A stretch of DNA of 64,000 nt, from assembly GCA_041391845.1 (NCBI GenBank), contig JAWKNG010000005.1:17381-81380 (forward strand), in the 5' to 3' direction. Shown one piece after another: positions 50,558 to 60,351 of this stretch. A program made the position numbers and the translations under genes. The notes under the pieces were generated by a model. That model saw nothing but the letters and a program-made list of their open reading frames with translations, was not told the DNA's origin and searched no databases. The stretch is from Flavobacteriales bacterium. Lineage in GTDB: Bacteria; Bacteroidota; Bacteroidia; Flavobacteriales_F; PHOS-HE28. Within the stretch, counting starts at the first letter, position 1. Each line of letters starts with the position of its first letter.

Positions 50558-52369
50558 TCAATGGGGTTCAGGTGTGCGAAGTTCGTCATCCGTGGACATC
50601 CGCAGCATGCGCGAACGAACCTCCTGTCGTTCCAGGACCTGCCGCCTTGGGTTGTACAGGTACACCACCAAGGACCGTGCAGCTTCCACAGCCGGTATCC
50701 AACGTCGGAAGCGGATGCGATCGGTGCCTGGTGCAGTGTGTCGCGCTCGCAGTTCAACCCGGTCCACCTGCACCGCCTGTCCATCACCACCCCGCAGTTC
50801 GATCACGACCTCTGCTGAGAGCAGCTCATCCGCACAGTGCAACATCAGCTCCAGCTCCAAGCAGCGCAGGCCGGGACCGAAGCGCTCGGCGGGCTCGTTC
50901 CACAGGTCCTGGAACTCCGCATCGCTGGCGGCCGCGTTGAAGCTGGTGTCCAAGAGAACGCTCAGCTCAATGGGAGCCATCCGCTCGAACAGGACCTGCC
51001 TGCCCGCCCTGCTACCCACCACGGCCAGATAGCCGTGCGGCACTTCGAAATAGCCGGTATCCACCAGCAGCAGGTCGTGGTACGCGGCGGGGTGGCCGTT
51101 CGGGTCCAGCACCGGCACTGCAATGCCTGCCATGCGCGCCTGAACATCCCAGACGGGCACCATCTGCCGGTAAGCGCCCACGCTCAGGATCCCCTCTGAG
51201 GCAGCAGCACGTTCCGCTACAGCACGATACTGCGCCAGCTCAGCCGACTCTTCCGGCCAACTGAGGGTGCGGGCCGGATGCCATGCCCGCAGCGCCAGGA
51301 GCGGCGGCAGAAGAAGCGGCACCACGCCCACCCAACTTAGCCACGAACGCCGCACAACGGGCAGGTCCGAGGCAAATGCGATGACGAGCAACGCGAGCGG
51401 CACCAGGTGCAGGGCCGTACGGTCGATGGGGTATAGCGTTCCCCACATCACGTGCATCAGCGTGCGGCCCACCACTTCTGCACTGAGCAGCGCGGCCACC
51501 AGCACCAGCGGACGGATAGCGGCTTCCCTGCCCTGTCGCAGCAACGTGTGGATGGCGACCCCCAGGGCCAGCAACACGGGCACCAACAACGACCAGCGCG
51601 CAGCATCCATATCGGTGCCGAGCAGGGGACGCGTGAGCGATGCGAGCGTACCATTCACCCACCCGGCATCGCTGCCGTAATAGAGCGCGCCGCGTTCCGA
51701 AAGGCCTTGTCCATATCGCACCGCAAGGAGCATGGGAGCGGCCCCAAGCACCAACCACTGCATGGCCAGAACGGCGCGGCGCAGGCCGCGCTGCACAACG
51801 ATGACCGGCAGCACCAGTGCGAGCATCATCAAGCCGAGCAGGGTGCCGTTGAGCGAGCACCACGTACCCAGCGCCACGGCCACCAACAAGGGCCACGGTC
51901 GCTCCTGGCGCGGTGCGGCCATGAAGGCCAGCAAGTGATGGATCGCCATCGCATGGAAGGCGAGCGCAGGTCCATAGCCACGGAACAACGAGAAGAAATC
52001 GAGCAGGAACGGCGTACCGATCCACGCTGCGCGGAAGGACCACGCGATGGTGGATGCCTTGATCCAGGTGCCAAGCCGCCAACCGTACCACGCGTATACG
52101 ACGAAGGAGAGCACAGGGAAGAGCCGCAGCACGATGGGCGCTTCACCGAAGAGCTGCTCGATGCACCACGCCACAGCGGTCACCAGCACGTGGTTGCCCG
52201 CGTCCCACTGCGCATGGAAGGGCAGGAAGTCGCCGCTGAGCACGTACACCAGCCAGGTGCGGGCCTCATCGTGCACCAAGGGAATCTGCCACGCACGCCA
52301 CAGCACCAGCATGCCCACCAGCGCCGCCAGTGCCGCATACAGCAAACCGGGGCGGCGCAGGACGATCAT
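50558..52369 (-). CDS. GT-C fold membrane glycosyltransferase-like protein (PMT_2/ArnT-like), lying between scoA and scoB
   Basis: More than 10 TM helices. HDEARTW loop motif near the N-terminus, then a C-terminal soluble domain. Confidence 0.6.
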   Translation of the reverse strand: MIVLRRPGLLYAALAALVGMLVLWRAWQIPLVHDEARTWLVYVLSGDFLPFHAQWDAGNHVLVTAVAWCIEQLFGEAPIVLRLFPVLSFVVYAWYGWRLGTWIKASTIAWSFRAAWIGTPFLLDFFSLFRGYGPALAFHAMAIHHLLAFMAAPRQERPWPLLVAVALGTWCSLNGTLLGLMMLALVLPVIVVQRGLRRAVLAMQWLVLGAAPMLLAVRYGQGLSERGALYYGSDAGWVNGTLASLTRPLLGTDMDAARWSLLVPVLLALGVAIHTLLRQGREAAIRPLVLVAALLSAEVVGRTLMHVMWGTLYPIDRTALHLVPLALLVIAFASDLPVVRRSWLSWVGVVPLLLPPLLALRAWHPARTLSWPEESAELAQYRAVAERAAASEGILSVGAYRQMVPVWDVQARMAGIAVPVLDPNGHPAAYHDLLLVDTGYFEVPHGYLAVVGSRAGRQVLFERMAPIELSVLLDTSFNAAASDAEFQDLWNEPAERFGPGLRCLELELMLHCADELLSAEVVIELRGGDGQAVQVDRVELRARHTAPGTDRIRFRRWIPAVEAARSLVVYLYNPRRQVLERQEVRSRMLRMSTDDELRTPEPH

Positions 52370-52370
52370 C

Positions 52371-53069
52371 TCAGCGCTTGCGCACCGTGCGTTGCTCGAT
52401 GCGCTTCTCGTAGTTCACACCTTGGAAGATGCGCTGCACGAAGATGCCCGGTGTGTGGATCTCGTCCGGATCGAGCTCACCGGGCTCCACCAGGTGCTCC
52501 ACTTCAGCCACGGTGATCTTGCCGGCCATGGCCATCATGGGATTGAAGTTGCGGGCCGTGCGCTTGTAGACCAGGTTCCCCAGGCGATCGCCTTTCCAGG
52601 CCTTCACCAGCGCGAAGTCGGCGCGGAGCCACTCTTCCAGCACGTACATCTTGCCGTGGAATTCGCGCGTCTCCTTGCCCGCCGCCACTTCGGTGCCGTA
52701 GCCCGCGGGGGTGAAGAAGGCGGGAATGCCAGCACCACCGGCGCGGCAGCGCTCGGCCAGTGTTCCCTGGGGGATCAGCTCCACCTCCAGTTCGCCGCTC
52801 AGCATCTGCCGCTCGAATTCGGCGTTCTCACCCACGTAGCTGCTGATCATTTTGCGGATCTGCTTGGTCTGCAGCAACAGGCCCAGGCCGAAGTCGTCCA
52901 CCCCCGCATTGTTGCTGATGCAGGTGAGGCCCTTCACGCCGCTCTTCACCAGTGCGTTGATGCTGTTCTCCGGGATCCCGCACAGGCCGAAGCCACCCAC
53001 CATCAGGGTCATGTTGTCCGCGATCCCGTGCAGTGCTTCTGCGGCATTGGCCACCACCTTGTTCATCAT
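52371..53069 (-). CDS. scoA: 3-oxoacid CoA-transferase subunit A
   Basis: MMNKVVANAAEALHGIADNMTLMVGGFGLCGIPE... matches the alpha-subunit pattern. Confidence 0.9.
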   Translation of the reverse strand: MMNKVVANAAEALHGIADNMTLMVGGFGLCGIPENSINALVKSGVKGLTCISNNAGVDDFGLGLLLQTKQIRKMISSYVGENAEFERQMLSGELEVELIPQGTLAERCRAGGAGIPAFFTPAGYGTEVAAGKETREFHGKMYVLEEWLRADFALVKAWKGDRLGNLVYKRTARNFNPMMAMAGKITVAEVEHLVEPGELDPDEIHTPGIFVQRIFQGVNYEKRIEQRTVRKR

Positions 53070-53153
53070 CGTCGTTGCTTGGGATGCGAAGTAAATCCAA
53101 TTCCCACTTGGGTGCCGCACTGAGGAACAGCGCACAGTGCTGGGACGCTCCCC

Positions 53154-55562
53154 TCACTCCCACAACGGCTCCACAGGCACCCCCGTCTCCCGGTCCCGGG
53201 TGCGGCAGTTGAGCGTGCTGGCATCGAAGCCGGCAGGCACCTCGAAATCGCCGGTGCTGATGGTGATGCTGCTATCGGCATACACCTTGTTCATGTAGTA
53301 GCCGTAGATCGGCAGTGCCATGTTCGCGCCCTGACCCTTGTCGGTGCTGGCGAAGCGCACACTGCGATCATCCGCACCCGTCCACACGCCGGTCACCAGG
53401 TCGGGGGTGATGCCGATGAACCAACCATCGCTGTTGTTCTGCGTGGTGCCCGTCTTGCCCGCCGTGGGGAACTTGATGTTGGCGTAGCGCGCCCGGTTGC
53501 CCCAGCTGGTGCGCAGGCGCAGGCCCGTGCCCACCACCTTGCCCGTGCTGGGGTTGTAGGCGCCGTCGGTCACGCCCTTCAGGATCTTCAGCATCTTGTA
53601 GGCGGTGATCTCGTCCAGCGCCTCGTAGGTGTTGGGCGTCACGTCGAAGACGGTGTTCCCGTTCTTGTCCTCGATGCGCGTTATCAGGATGGGCTCGATA
53701 TAGACACCTTGGTTGGCGAAGGACGAGAAGGCGCCGGTGATCTCCATCAACGTCAGATCGGCCACGCCCAGGCACAGTGAGGGCACCGCTTCCAAGGGGC
53801 TCTTCACCCCCATGTGGCGCGCCAGCACGGTCACCGCCTGCGGACCGTACTGCTTCATCAGCCAGGCCGTCACCGTGTTCATACTATTGGCAAGGGCGTA
53901 CTCCAGGGTCACCATGCCGCCGTAGACCGCGTCGCTGTTCTCGGGGCACCAGTCCGGCTGACCGGGCGGCATATCGAAGCACACCTTCTGGTTGGGCACC
54001 TCGCGGCACAGGTCCATGCCTTCGCGCAGCGCGGTGGCGTATACGAAGGGCTTGAACGTGGAGCCCACCTGACGCCGCGCCTGTTCCACGTGGTCGTATT
54101 GGAAGTGCTTGAAGTCGATGCCGCCCACCCACGCCTTAACGAAGCCCGTATGCGGATCCATGCTCAGCAGACCGCTTTGCAGGAAGCCCTTGTAGTAGCG
54201 GATGGAATCCATCGGGCTCATCACCGTGTCGCGCTCGCCCTTCCAGGTGAACACACGCATCTTGGTGGGTGTGTCGAAGATCTTCGGGATCTCGTCCTCC
54301 TTCACCACGGGCCAGTACGTGTCGCAGCCACCGAGGTCCGGGCGGCAGTGGTAGTGTTTGCGGCCCTCGTGCTGCTTGGTCTCGATGTAGCGCGCAGGCC
54401 GCTCGCAGTTGCCGCACTGTTTGCCGGTGAGCACCTTGTAGCGTACACTGCGCTTCATGGCGGTGTTCAGGATACCGGCGATCTCCTCCTCGCTCACGCG
54501 GAAGTCGAAGGGCCTGTTCTTCTTCTTCGCCAGGTCCTTGAAGAAGTCGGGCTGCAGCTCGTTGCGCAGGTGTTCCTGCAAGCCCCATTCGGCGTACTGC
54601 TGCATGCGGCGGTCCAGCGTGGTGTACACCTTCAGGCCATCGGTGTAGATGTCGTAGGGCCTGCCGTCCGACTTGGCGAAACGGTAGCTGCCATCCTCGT
54701 TCTTCTCCGCGAAGAGCTTGATCAATTTGGCGCGCAGCACCTCGCGGAAGTAGGGCGCAGGTCCTTCCGTGTGGTCCACCCGTTGGAAACGCAGGCCGAT
54801 GGGCAGGGCCTTCAATGAATCGTATTCCGCAGTGGTCAGGAAGCCGTTCTTGCGCATCTGGTCCAGCACCACCATGCGGCGGGTGAGCGTGGTGTCCGGC
54901 CTGCGCAGCGGGTTGAAGAGCGCGGGGTTCTTGCACATGCCCACCAACAGGGCGGCCTCCTCGATGCGCAGGGAATCGGGGGTGGTGTTGAAATACACGC
55001 GGGCCGCGCTGTTGATGCCCACCGCCTGATTGATCCAATCGAAGCGGTTCAGGTACATGGCGATGATCTCGTTCTTCGTGTACTGCCGCTCCAGCCGGGC
55101 GCTGATGATCCACTCCTGGAACTTCTGGAACGTACGCTTCACGAAGTTGGGCGAGCGATCGGTGAAGAGCATCTTGGCCAGCTGCTGGGTGAGGGTGCTG
55201 GCGCCGCCCTTCTTGCCCAGGTACACCGCTGCACGCAACGTGCCCCGCACGTCGATGCCGCTGTGGTCACGGAAGCGCTCGTCCTCCGTGGCGATCAATG
55301 CGTTCACCACATGCGGACTGATGCGCTCATAGTCCACCGGGATGCGGTTCTCCCGGTAGTACTGGCCCATCTGGCTGCCATCGCTGAACAGGATGGCCGT
55401 GGCCAGGTCGCTGCGGGGGTTCTCCAGGTCCTCGGTGCCGGGCAGGTCGCTGAAGGCCGCGAGCACCAGCATGAAGAATAGCCCCAGCACGGGTGCGAGC
55501 ACCAAGCCCCACCAGGCATAGAGCCAGCGGCTGCGCTTCGACTTAGGGGTTGGTGCGGCCAT
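53154..55562 (-). CDS. mrcA: Penicillin-binding protein 1A (bifunctional transglycosylase/transpeptidase)
   Basis: GT51 motifs (EDERFRDHSGID, GASTLTQQLAK) and transpeptidase SxxK/KTG motifs (STFKP, KTGTT). Confidence 0.9.
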   Translation of the reverse strand: MAAPTPKSKRSRWLYAWWGLVLAPVLGLFFMLVLAAFSDLPGTEDLENPRSDLATAILFSDGSQMGQYYRENRIPVDYERISPHVVNALIATEDERFRDHSGIDVRGTLRAAVYLGKKGGASTLTQQLAKMLFTDRSPNFVKRTFQKFQEWIISARLERQYTKNEIIAMYLNRFDWINQAVGINSAARVYFNTTPDSLRIEEAALLVGMCKNPALFNPLRRPDTTLTRRMVVLDQMRKNGFLTTAEYDSLKALPIGLRFQRVDHTEGPAPYFREVLRAKLIKLFAEKNEDGSYRFAKSDGRPYDIYTDGLKVYTTLDRRMQQYAEWGLQEHLRNELQPDFFKDLAKKKNRPFDFRVSEEEIAGILNTAMKRSVRYKVLTGKQCGNCERPARYIETKQHEGRKHYHCRPDLGGCDTYWPVVKEDEIPKIFDTPTKMRVFTWKGERDTVMSPMDSIRYYKGFLQSGLLSMDPHTGFVKAWVGGIDFKHFQYDHVEQARRQVGSTFKPFVYATALREGMDLCREVPNQKVCFDMPPGQPDWCPENSDAVYGGMVTLEYALANSMNTVTAWLMKQYGPQAVTVLARHMGVKSPLEAVPSLCLGVADLTLMEITGAFSSFANQGVYIEPILITRIEDKNGNTVFDVTPNTYEALDEITAYKMLKILKGVTDGAYNPSTGKVVGTGLRLRTSWGNRARYANIKFPTAGKTGTTQNNSDGWFIGITPDLVTGVWTGADDRSVRFASTDKGQGANMALPIYGYYMNKVYADSSITISTGDFEVPAGFDASTLNCRTRDRETGVPVEPLWE

Positions 55563-55681
55563 CGGGCGGCGAAGTTATCGGTGGGGGCGGGAGGAGAACG
55601 GTGGGTGAGCTGCAAGAAGTGTGAACAGGCGCAGGTTGTTCTTGCGCATTCCCGATCACTTCCACGCTCAAAGCATGCTAC

Positions 55682-56158
55682 CTACTCCCCCCGCTCCACG
55701 CTCACCCCCACATCCAGCACCCCTTCCAGACGTTCGGTGCGCATGGCCTGCTCCAGGCGGATGCGGTAGTCGCCTGCGGCGGGGAAGCGGCTGCCGTGGC
55801 GGTAGAGCACGCGCGCGGCCACGGTGCGGCCGGCGAAGATGAAGCCCGTGCCCTTGCCGTACCAGCGGCCGGTGGGGTCGGCCATGCGGCACTCCACGGT
55901 GTCGCGCGCATGGCGGCCGTCGGGACCGTACATGTCCACGAAGAGGTAGAGGTCGCTGAAGGGGTAGTCACCGGTGTGGCGGATGTCGATCACCAGGTCG
56001 TACTGGGACACGGTGTCGGTCACCGCGAAGCTGAACTCGGGGGTGAAGCTGCGGTCCCACGCGCCGTCGGGCACGGGCACATCGGCCTGGAAGAGCACAC
56101 CCTCGGGGGTGCAGCCCTGGAGCGCTGCGAGGAGCACGAAGGGGAGCACGTACCGCAT
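55682..56158 (-). CDS. gldH: Gliding motility lipoprotein GldH
   Basis: A 158-aa lipoprotein (lipobox LQGCT) with a GldH-like sequence, directly downstream of a PSP1-domain gene. This is the conserved Bacteroidota arrangement. Confidence 0.7.
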   Translation of the reverse strand: MRYVLPFVLLAALQGCTPEGVLFQADVPVPDGAWDRSFTPEFSFAVTDTVSQYDLVIDIRHTGDYPFSDLYLFVDMYGPDGRHARDTVECRMADPTGRWYGKGTGFIFAGRTVAARVLYRHGSRFPAAGDYRIRLEQAMRTERLEGVLDVGVSVERGE

Positions 56159-57600
56159 CAGGCCGCTGGGGGTGCGCTGGGTGGCGGGGCACCACCGGGT
56201 CCCTTGTCACCGCCGCGTCCGCGTCCCCTGCCACGTCCGCGATCGCGCCGGGGGCGGTCACCGCCGGCACCTTCGGCCCGCTGTTCGCCAGGGGGGCGCG
56301 GGGGGCGCGACGTACCGGCACCTTCAGGGCGGGGACCACGCTCCGGTCGGGGTCCACGCTCGGGGCGGGGGCGGTTGTCCTGCGCCGGGCGGTCGCCTGC
56401 GGGGCGCGCTTGCTGGCCACCAGCAGCACCTTGCGGACGCCGATCGCCATCGCGGCCGCTGCGGCCTTTGCTCTTGCTGCGTTTGCGGCCGCTCTTCACC
56501 TTGCTGTCGAAGCGGGTGAGGTCGTCCTGGCCCACCACGTTCTCGTAGTCGGGCTTCTTCTCCACCTCCACCGGTGCATCGGCCATGTTCAGGTCCACCT
56601 CGGGGATGATGCCTTCCTTGTTCTGGGCCAGGATATCGCGCACCACCTCCACCGGGAAACCGGCCATGATGAAGGGGCTGCCGGGCGTCTTGAAGCCGTA
56701 CCACATCTTGCCGGTGAAGATGTCGGTCTTGATGTGCGCGCCGGTGCCTTGTGCAGTCTTGAGCTTGGCGTTCTGGCTGGGGTAGCTCTTGATCGCCTCG
56801 ATGTACATGTCCAGCTCGTAGTTCAGGCAGCACTTCAGCTTGCCGCACTGCCCGGCGAGTTTCTGGGGGTTGAGGGCCAGTTGCTGGTACCGCGCCGCGC
56901 TGGTGGTGACGCTGCGGAAGTCGGTGAGCCAGGTGCTGCAGCACAGTTCGCGGCCGCAGCTGCCGATGCCCCCGATGCGACCGGTCTCCTGGCGGGCACC
57001 GATCTGTTTCATCTCCACGCGCACCTTGAAACGGTCGCTCATGGTGCGGATGATGCCGCGGAAGTCGATGCGTTCCTCGGCCACGTAGTAGAACACGGCC
57101 TTGGTGCCATCGGCCTGGTACTCCACATCGGTCACCTTCATGTCCAGGCGGGCATCGCGCACCAGTTGGCGGGCGGCGAACATGGTCTCGTCCTCCAGCT
57201 TGCGGCTGGCGTGCCAGCGGTCGATCTCCTCCTGGGTGCTCTTGTGCAGCACCTTGCGCAGGTCGTAGGTCTCGCCGCTCACGTTGCGGCGCTCCATCTG
57301 TGCGCGCACCAGTTCACCGGTGAGGCTCACCATGCCGATGTCGTATCCGGGCGCCGCATCCACGGTCACCAGGTCGCCGGGCATCAGTTGCAGACCGCTG
57401 GTGTTGCGGTAGAAGGCCTTGCGGGTGTTCTTGAAGCGCACCTCCACCCCATCGAAGGGCTGTTGACCGGCGGCGATGGGCACACCGGCGAGCCAATCGA
57501 AGACCCCGAGCTTGTTACAGCCGCTGGAGCTGCAATACCCGTTGCTCTTGCACCCGGCGGGTTTCCCATCCGCTCCACTGCTGCATCCTGTACACGCCAT
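56158..57600 (-). CDS. PSP1 C-terminal domain protein (RicT/YaaT-like) with Cys-rich N-terminus and long RG/RP-rich low-complexity C-terminal tail
   Basis: The PSP1 core is present (ARQETGRIGGIGSCGRELCCSTWL...KCCLNYE). The tail reads ...RPERGPRPERGPRPEG...RDRGRGRGRGRGGDKG. Confidence 0.75.
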   Translation of the reverse strand: MACTGCSSGADGKPAGCKSNGYCSSSGCNKLGVFDWLAGVPIAAGQQPFDGVEVRFKNTRKAFYRNTSGLQLMPGDLVTVDAAPGYDIGMVSLTGELVRAQMERRNVSGETYDLRKVLHKSTQEEIDRWHASRKLEDETMFAARQLVRDARLDMKVTDVEYQADGTKAVFYYVAEERIDFRGIIRTMSDRFKVRVEMKQIGARQETGRIGGIGSCGRELCCSTWLTDFRSVTTSAARYQQLALNPQKLAGQCGKLKCCLNYELDMYIEAIKSYPSQNAKLKTAQGTGAHIKTDIFTGKMWYGFKTPGSPFIMAGFPVEVVRDILAQNKEGIIPEVDLNMADAPVEVEKKPDYENVVGQDDLTRFDSKVKSGRKRSKSKGRSGRDGDRRPQGAAGGQQARPAGDRPAQDNRPRPERGPRPERGPRPEGAGTSRPPRPPGEQRAEGAGGDRPRRDRGRGRGRGRGGDKGPGGAPPPSAPPAA

Positions 57601-57640
57601 GTCCTTGTGCCTGTGCCCCTTATCACCGGGGGGCTTGGGG

Positions 57641-57648
57641 CGAAGATA
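57641..57648 (-). promoter_or_regulatory. Putative -7 box (TATCTTCG) about 40 nt upstream of the PSP1 gene
   Basis: Same core motif as at the other sites. Confidence 0.3.
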
Positions 57649-57698
57649 GGGCGGGCGGGGGATGCGTGGGAACGGAGGTCGATAGCGACCATCACAGG

Positions 57699-58907
57699 CT
57701 ACCCCTTCCCCCGCAATAGCCCCATCAGCCGATAGCTCAGGTCCACGAAGAGCACCTTCGGGTTGGCGTTGCGTTCCACATGCACATGAGCGCTCTCCAG
57801 CTCCTGGCGGATGCGGTCGGCGTTGCGGTCGGTGAGCAGCTTGCTGAAGTTCTGCACGAACTCCGCCTCCTGCCCCACCACCCGCACCAGCTCGGGCACC
57901 TGCTGCCATTGCAGCACACATTGGCGGATGAGGAACAGCCCGTAGCGGAACAGCGATTTCTGGCGCTCGCGGCCCAGCTTCTGGAAGCCGTCGGCGAAGT
58001 CCACCACGTTCACCACCTCCTTGCGGTAGCAGGCGCGCAACCAATCGCGGAAGAAGATGAAGAGCTCCTCCTCCTGCTTGTCGGCCATGGCCAGCGCTTC
58101 CAGCAGGTCGCCTTCGCTGCGCAAAGCCAGGGCGAAGGCCTCCTCCTCGCCCAGCTCGGGCACCTCTTCGCGCAGGGCGGCGGCCAGCTCCTTGGGGCGC
58201 AGCGCAGGCACCTTCACCAGCTGGGCGCGGCTGAGGATGGTGGCCAGCAACTGATCGGCATCGGTGCTCACCAAAAGGAACACGGTATTGGGCTCGGGTT
58301 CCTCCAGCACCTTCAGCAGCTTGTTGGCCGCCTCGCCGCTCATCAGCTCCGGCAGCCAGATGAGCATCACCTTGTAGCCGCCGCGGAAGGAGCGCAGGGA
58401 GAGCTTCCGCTGGATCTCAGCAGCGATCTCCACGCCCATGCGCAACTGCTTGTTCTCGCTTTCGATGTGGTCGCGCCAGATCTCCGCATCGAGGTAGGGT
58501 TCGTCCAGCACGCACTCCCGCCAGTCGCCATAGAACGGTTCGCACACCTTCACCTTCTCCGTGAAGAAGATGGGGAAGGCCAGGTGCAGGTCCGGATGCT
58601 CCAGCTTGGCCATTTGCAGGCAGCTGGGGCAGGTTCCGCAGCTGTCCACCTCGGCGCGCTGCTCGCACAGCAGGTACTGCGCGTAGGCTAGGGCCATCGG
58701 CAGGTTGCCGCTGCCACGCGGACCCATGTAGAGCTGCGCGTGCGGCACGCGCCCCTCGCGGATGTTGCCGATGAGCTTCGCCTTCAGCGTGGCGTGACCG
58801 ATGACCTGGGTGAAGAGCACGGGGCGAAGGTAGATGGAGCGTGCCAGGTATCGGGAGCGTTGCGTGTTGCCTGGTCGCGTGCTACGCCCTAGATACGCTG
58901 CGAACAC
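57699..58907 (-). CDS. holB: DNA polymerase III subunit delta'
   Basis: AAA+ clamp-loader N-terminus (VIGHATLKAKLIGNIREGRVPHAQLYMGPRGSGN), Zn module CGTCPSC, SRAQ sensor. The true start probably lies about 25-30 codons inside the ORF and uses a non-ATG codon. Confidence 0.75.
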   Translation of the reverse strand: MFAAYLGRSTRPGNTQRSRYLARSIYLRPVLFTQVIGHATLKAKLIGNIREGRVPHAQLYMGPRGSGNLPMALAYAQYLLCEQRAEVDSCGTCPSCLQMAKLEHPDLHLAFPIFFTEKVKVCEPFYGDWRECVLDEPYLDAEIWRDHIESENKQLRMGVEIAAEIQRKLSLRSFRGGYKVMLIWLPELMSGEAANKLLKVLEEPEPNTVFLLVSTDADQLLATILSRAQLVKVPALRPKELAAALREEVPELGEEEAFALALRSEGDLLEALAMADKQEEELFIFFRDWLRACYRKEVVNVVDFADGFQKLGRERQKSLFRYGLFLIRQCVLQWQQVPELVRVVGQEAEFVQNFSKLLTDRNADRIRQELESAHVHVERNANPKVLFVDLSYRLMGLLRGKG

Positions 58908-58945
58908 CTAACACGCCAACACGCAACGACTTCTTCCCGCTCGGT

Positions 58946-58953
58946 ATTTTCGC
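58946..58953 (+). promoter_or_regulatory. Putative -7 box (TATTTTCG) immediately upstream of pgk
   Basis: GGTATTTTCGCGCC directly precedes the pgk ATG. Coordinates are good to about 2 nt. Confidence 0.3.
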
Positions 58954-58956
58954 GCC

Positions 58957-60147
58957 ATGCTCACCATGGACACCTACTCCTTCGCCGGCAAGAAAGCCCT
59001 TGTCCGCGTAGACCTCAACGTACCTCAGGATGCCACCGGCAAGGTGACGGACGACACCCGCGCACGCGCCATCGTGCCCACCGTGAACAAGATCCTGCGC
59101 GACGGTGGCAGCGCCATCCTCATGAGCCACCTGGGTCGCCCCAAGGGCAAGGTGAACCCCACGATGAGCCTGAAGCCCGTGGCCGAACACCTTAGCGGTC
59201 TGCTGGGCAAGCCCGTGCTCTTCGCCACCGATTGTGTGGGCCCCGATGCCAGAGCGAAGGCCGCTGCGCTGAAGGCGGGCGAAGTGCTGGTGCTGGAGAA
59301 CCTGCGTTTCCACCCCGAGGAGGAGGGCGGCGACGAAGCTTTCAGCAAGAGCCTGAGCGAGCTCGGTGATGTGTATGTCAACGACGCCTTCGGTACGGCC
59401 CACCGCGCCCACGCCAGCACCACCATCGTTGCGAAGTTCTTCCCCACCGCCAAGCTGTTCGGCTACCTCATGCAGGCCGAGATCGACAGCGTAGGGAAGG
59501 TGCTCGGGAACCCACAGCGCCCCATGACCGCCATCGTGGGCGGCAGCAAGGTGAGCAGCAAGATCGAGGTGTTGCAGAACCTCATCGGCAAGTGCGACGA
59601 GCTCATCATCGGCGGCGGCATGGCCAACACCTTCGTGAAGGCCATGGGCGGCCACACCGGCGCCAGCCTCGTGGAGGACGACCTCCTCGACACCGCACGC
59701 GGCATCATCCAGGAAGCGGAGGCCAAGGGCGTGAAGCTGCATATCCCCACGGACGCCGTGGTGGCCGACGCCTTCGCCGAGACCGCCAACACCGACCAGT
59801 GCGCGGCCAACGCCGTGCCCGACGGCTGGATGGCGCTGGACATCGGCCCCAAGAGCATCGAGGCCTGCCGCGCCGCCATCCTGCGCAGCAGGACGCTGCT
59901 GTGGAACGGCCCCATGGGCGTGTTCGAGATGAAGCCCTTCCAGCAAGGTACCATCGCCATTGCGAACGCCGTGGCCGAAGCCACTGGCAAAGGCGCCTTC
60001 AGCCTGGTGGGCGGCGGCGACAGCGTGGCCGCTGTGAACCAGTTCGGCCTCGCCGAGATGATCAGCTACGTGAGCACCGGCGGCGGCGCCATGCTGGAAT
60101 ACCTGGAGGGGAAGGTGCTACCGGGGATCGCGGCGATCCAGGAGTAG
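58957..60147 (+). CDS. pgk: Phosphoglycerate kinase
   Basis: [12 protein letters not shown] and the Pgk-wide pattern; 396 aa. Confidence 0.95.
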   Translation: MLTMDTYSFAGKKALVRVDLNVPQDATGKVTDDTRARAIVPTVNKILRDGGSAILMSHLGRPKGKVNPTMSLKPVAEHLSGLLGKPVLFATDCVGPDARAKAAALKAGEVLVLENLRFHPEEEGGDEAFSKSLSELGDVYVNDAFGTAHRAHASTTIVAKFFPTAKLFGYLMQAEIDSVGKVLGNPQRPMTAIVGGSKVSSKIEVLQNLIGKCDELIIGGGMANTFVKAMGGHTGASLVEDDLLDTARGIIQEAEAKGVKLHIPTDAVVADAFAETANTDQCAANAVPDGWMALDIGPKSIEACRAAILRSRTLLWNGPMGVFEMKPFQQGTIAIANAVAEATGKGAFSLVGGGDSVAAVNQFGLAEMISYVSTGGGAMLEYLEGKVLPGIAAIQE

Positions 60148-60242
60148 GTCGCGCCAGGTGGATAGCGGTCTTTCAGAGCGGGTGAGCCGCCATGGAGCAG
60201 GAGGCCTGAACACCGTCACCCTCCCACTTCCGCGCCGCTGCG

Positions 60243-60250
60243 TATCTTCG
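60243..60250 (+). promoter_or_regulatory. Putative -7 box (TATCTTCG) about 100 nt upstream of the cold-shock-domain gene
   Basis: This implies a long 5' UTR, which is typical of csp genes. Confidence 0.3.
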
Positions 60251-60351
60251 TAGCGTCCACGTCCCCGGCTTCAGGACCCGCGCTACCCTTTCCATTCCGG
60301 ATCCGGCAGCTCCCGTTCATCGCCGTACCGGTCGTGGCGCAGTGTACCCAC

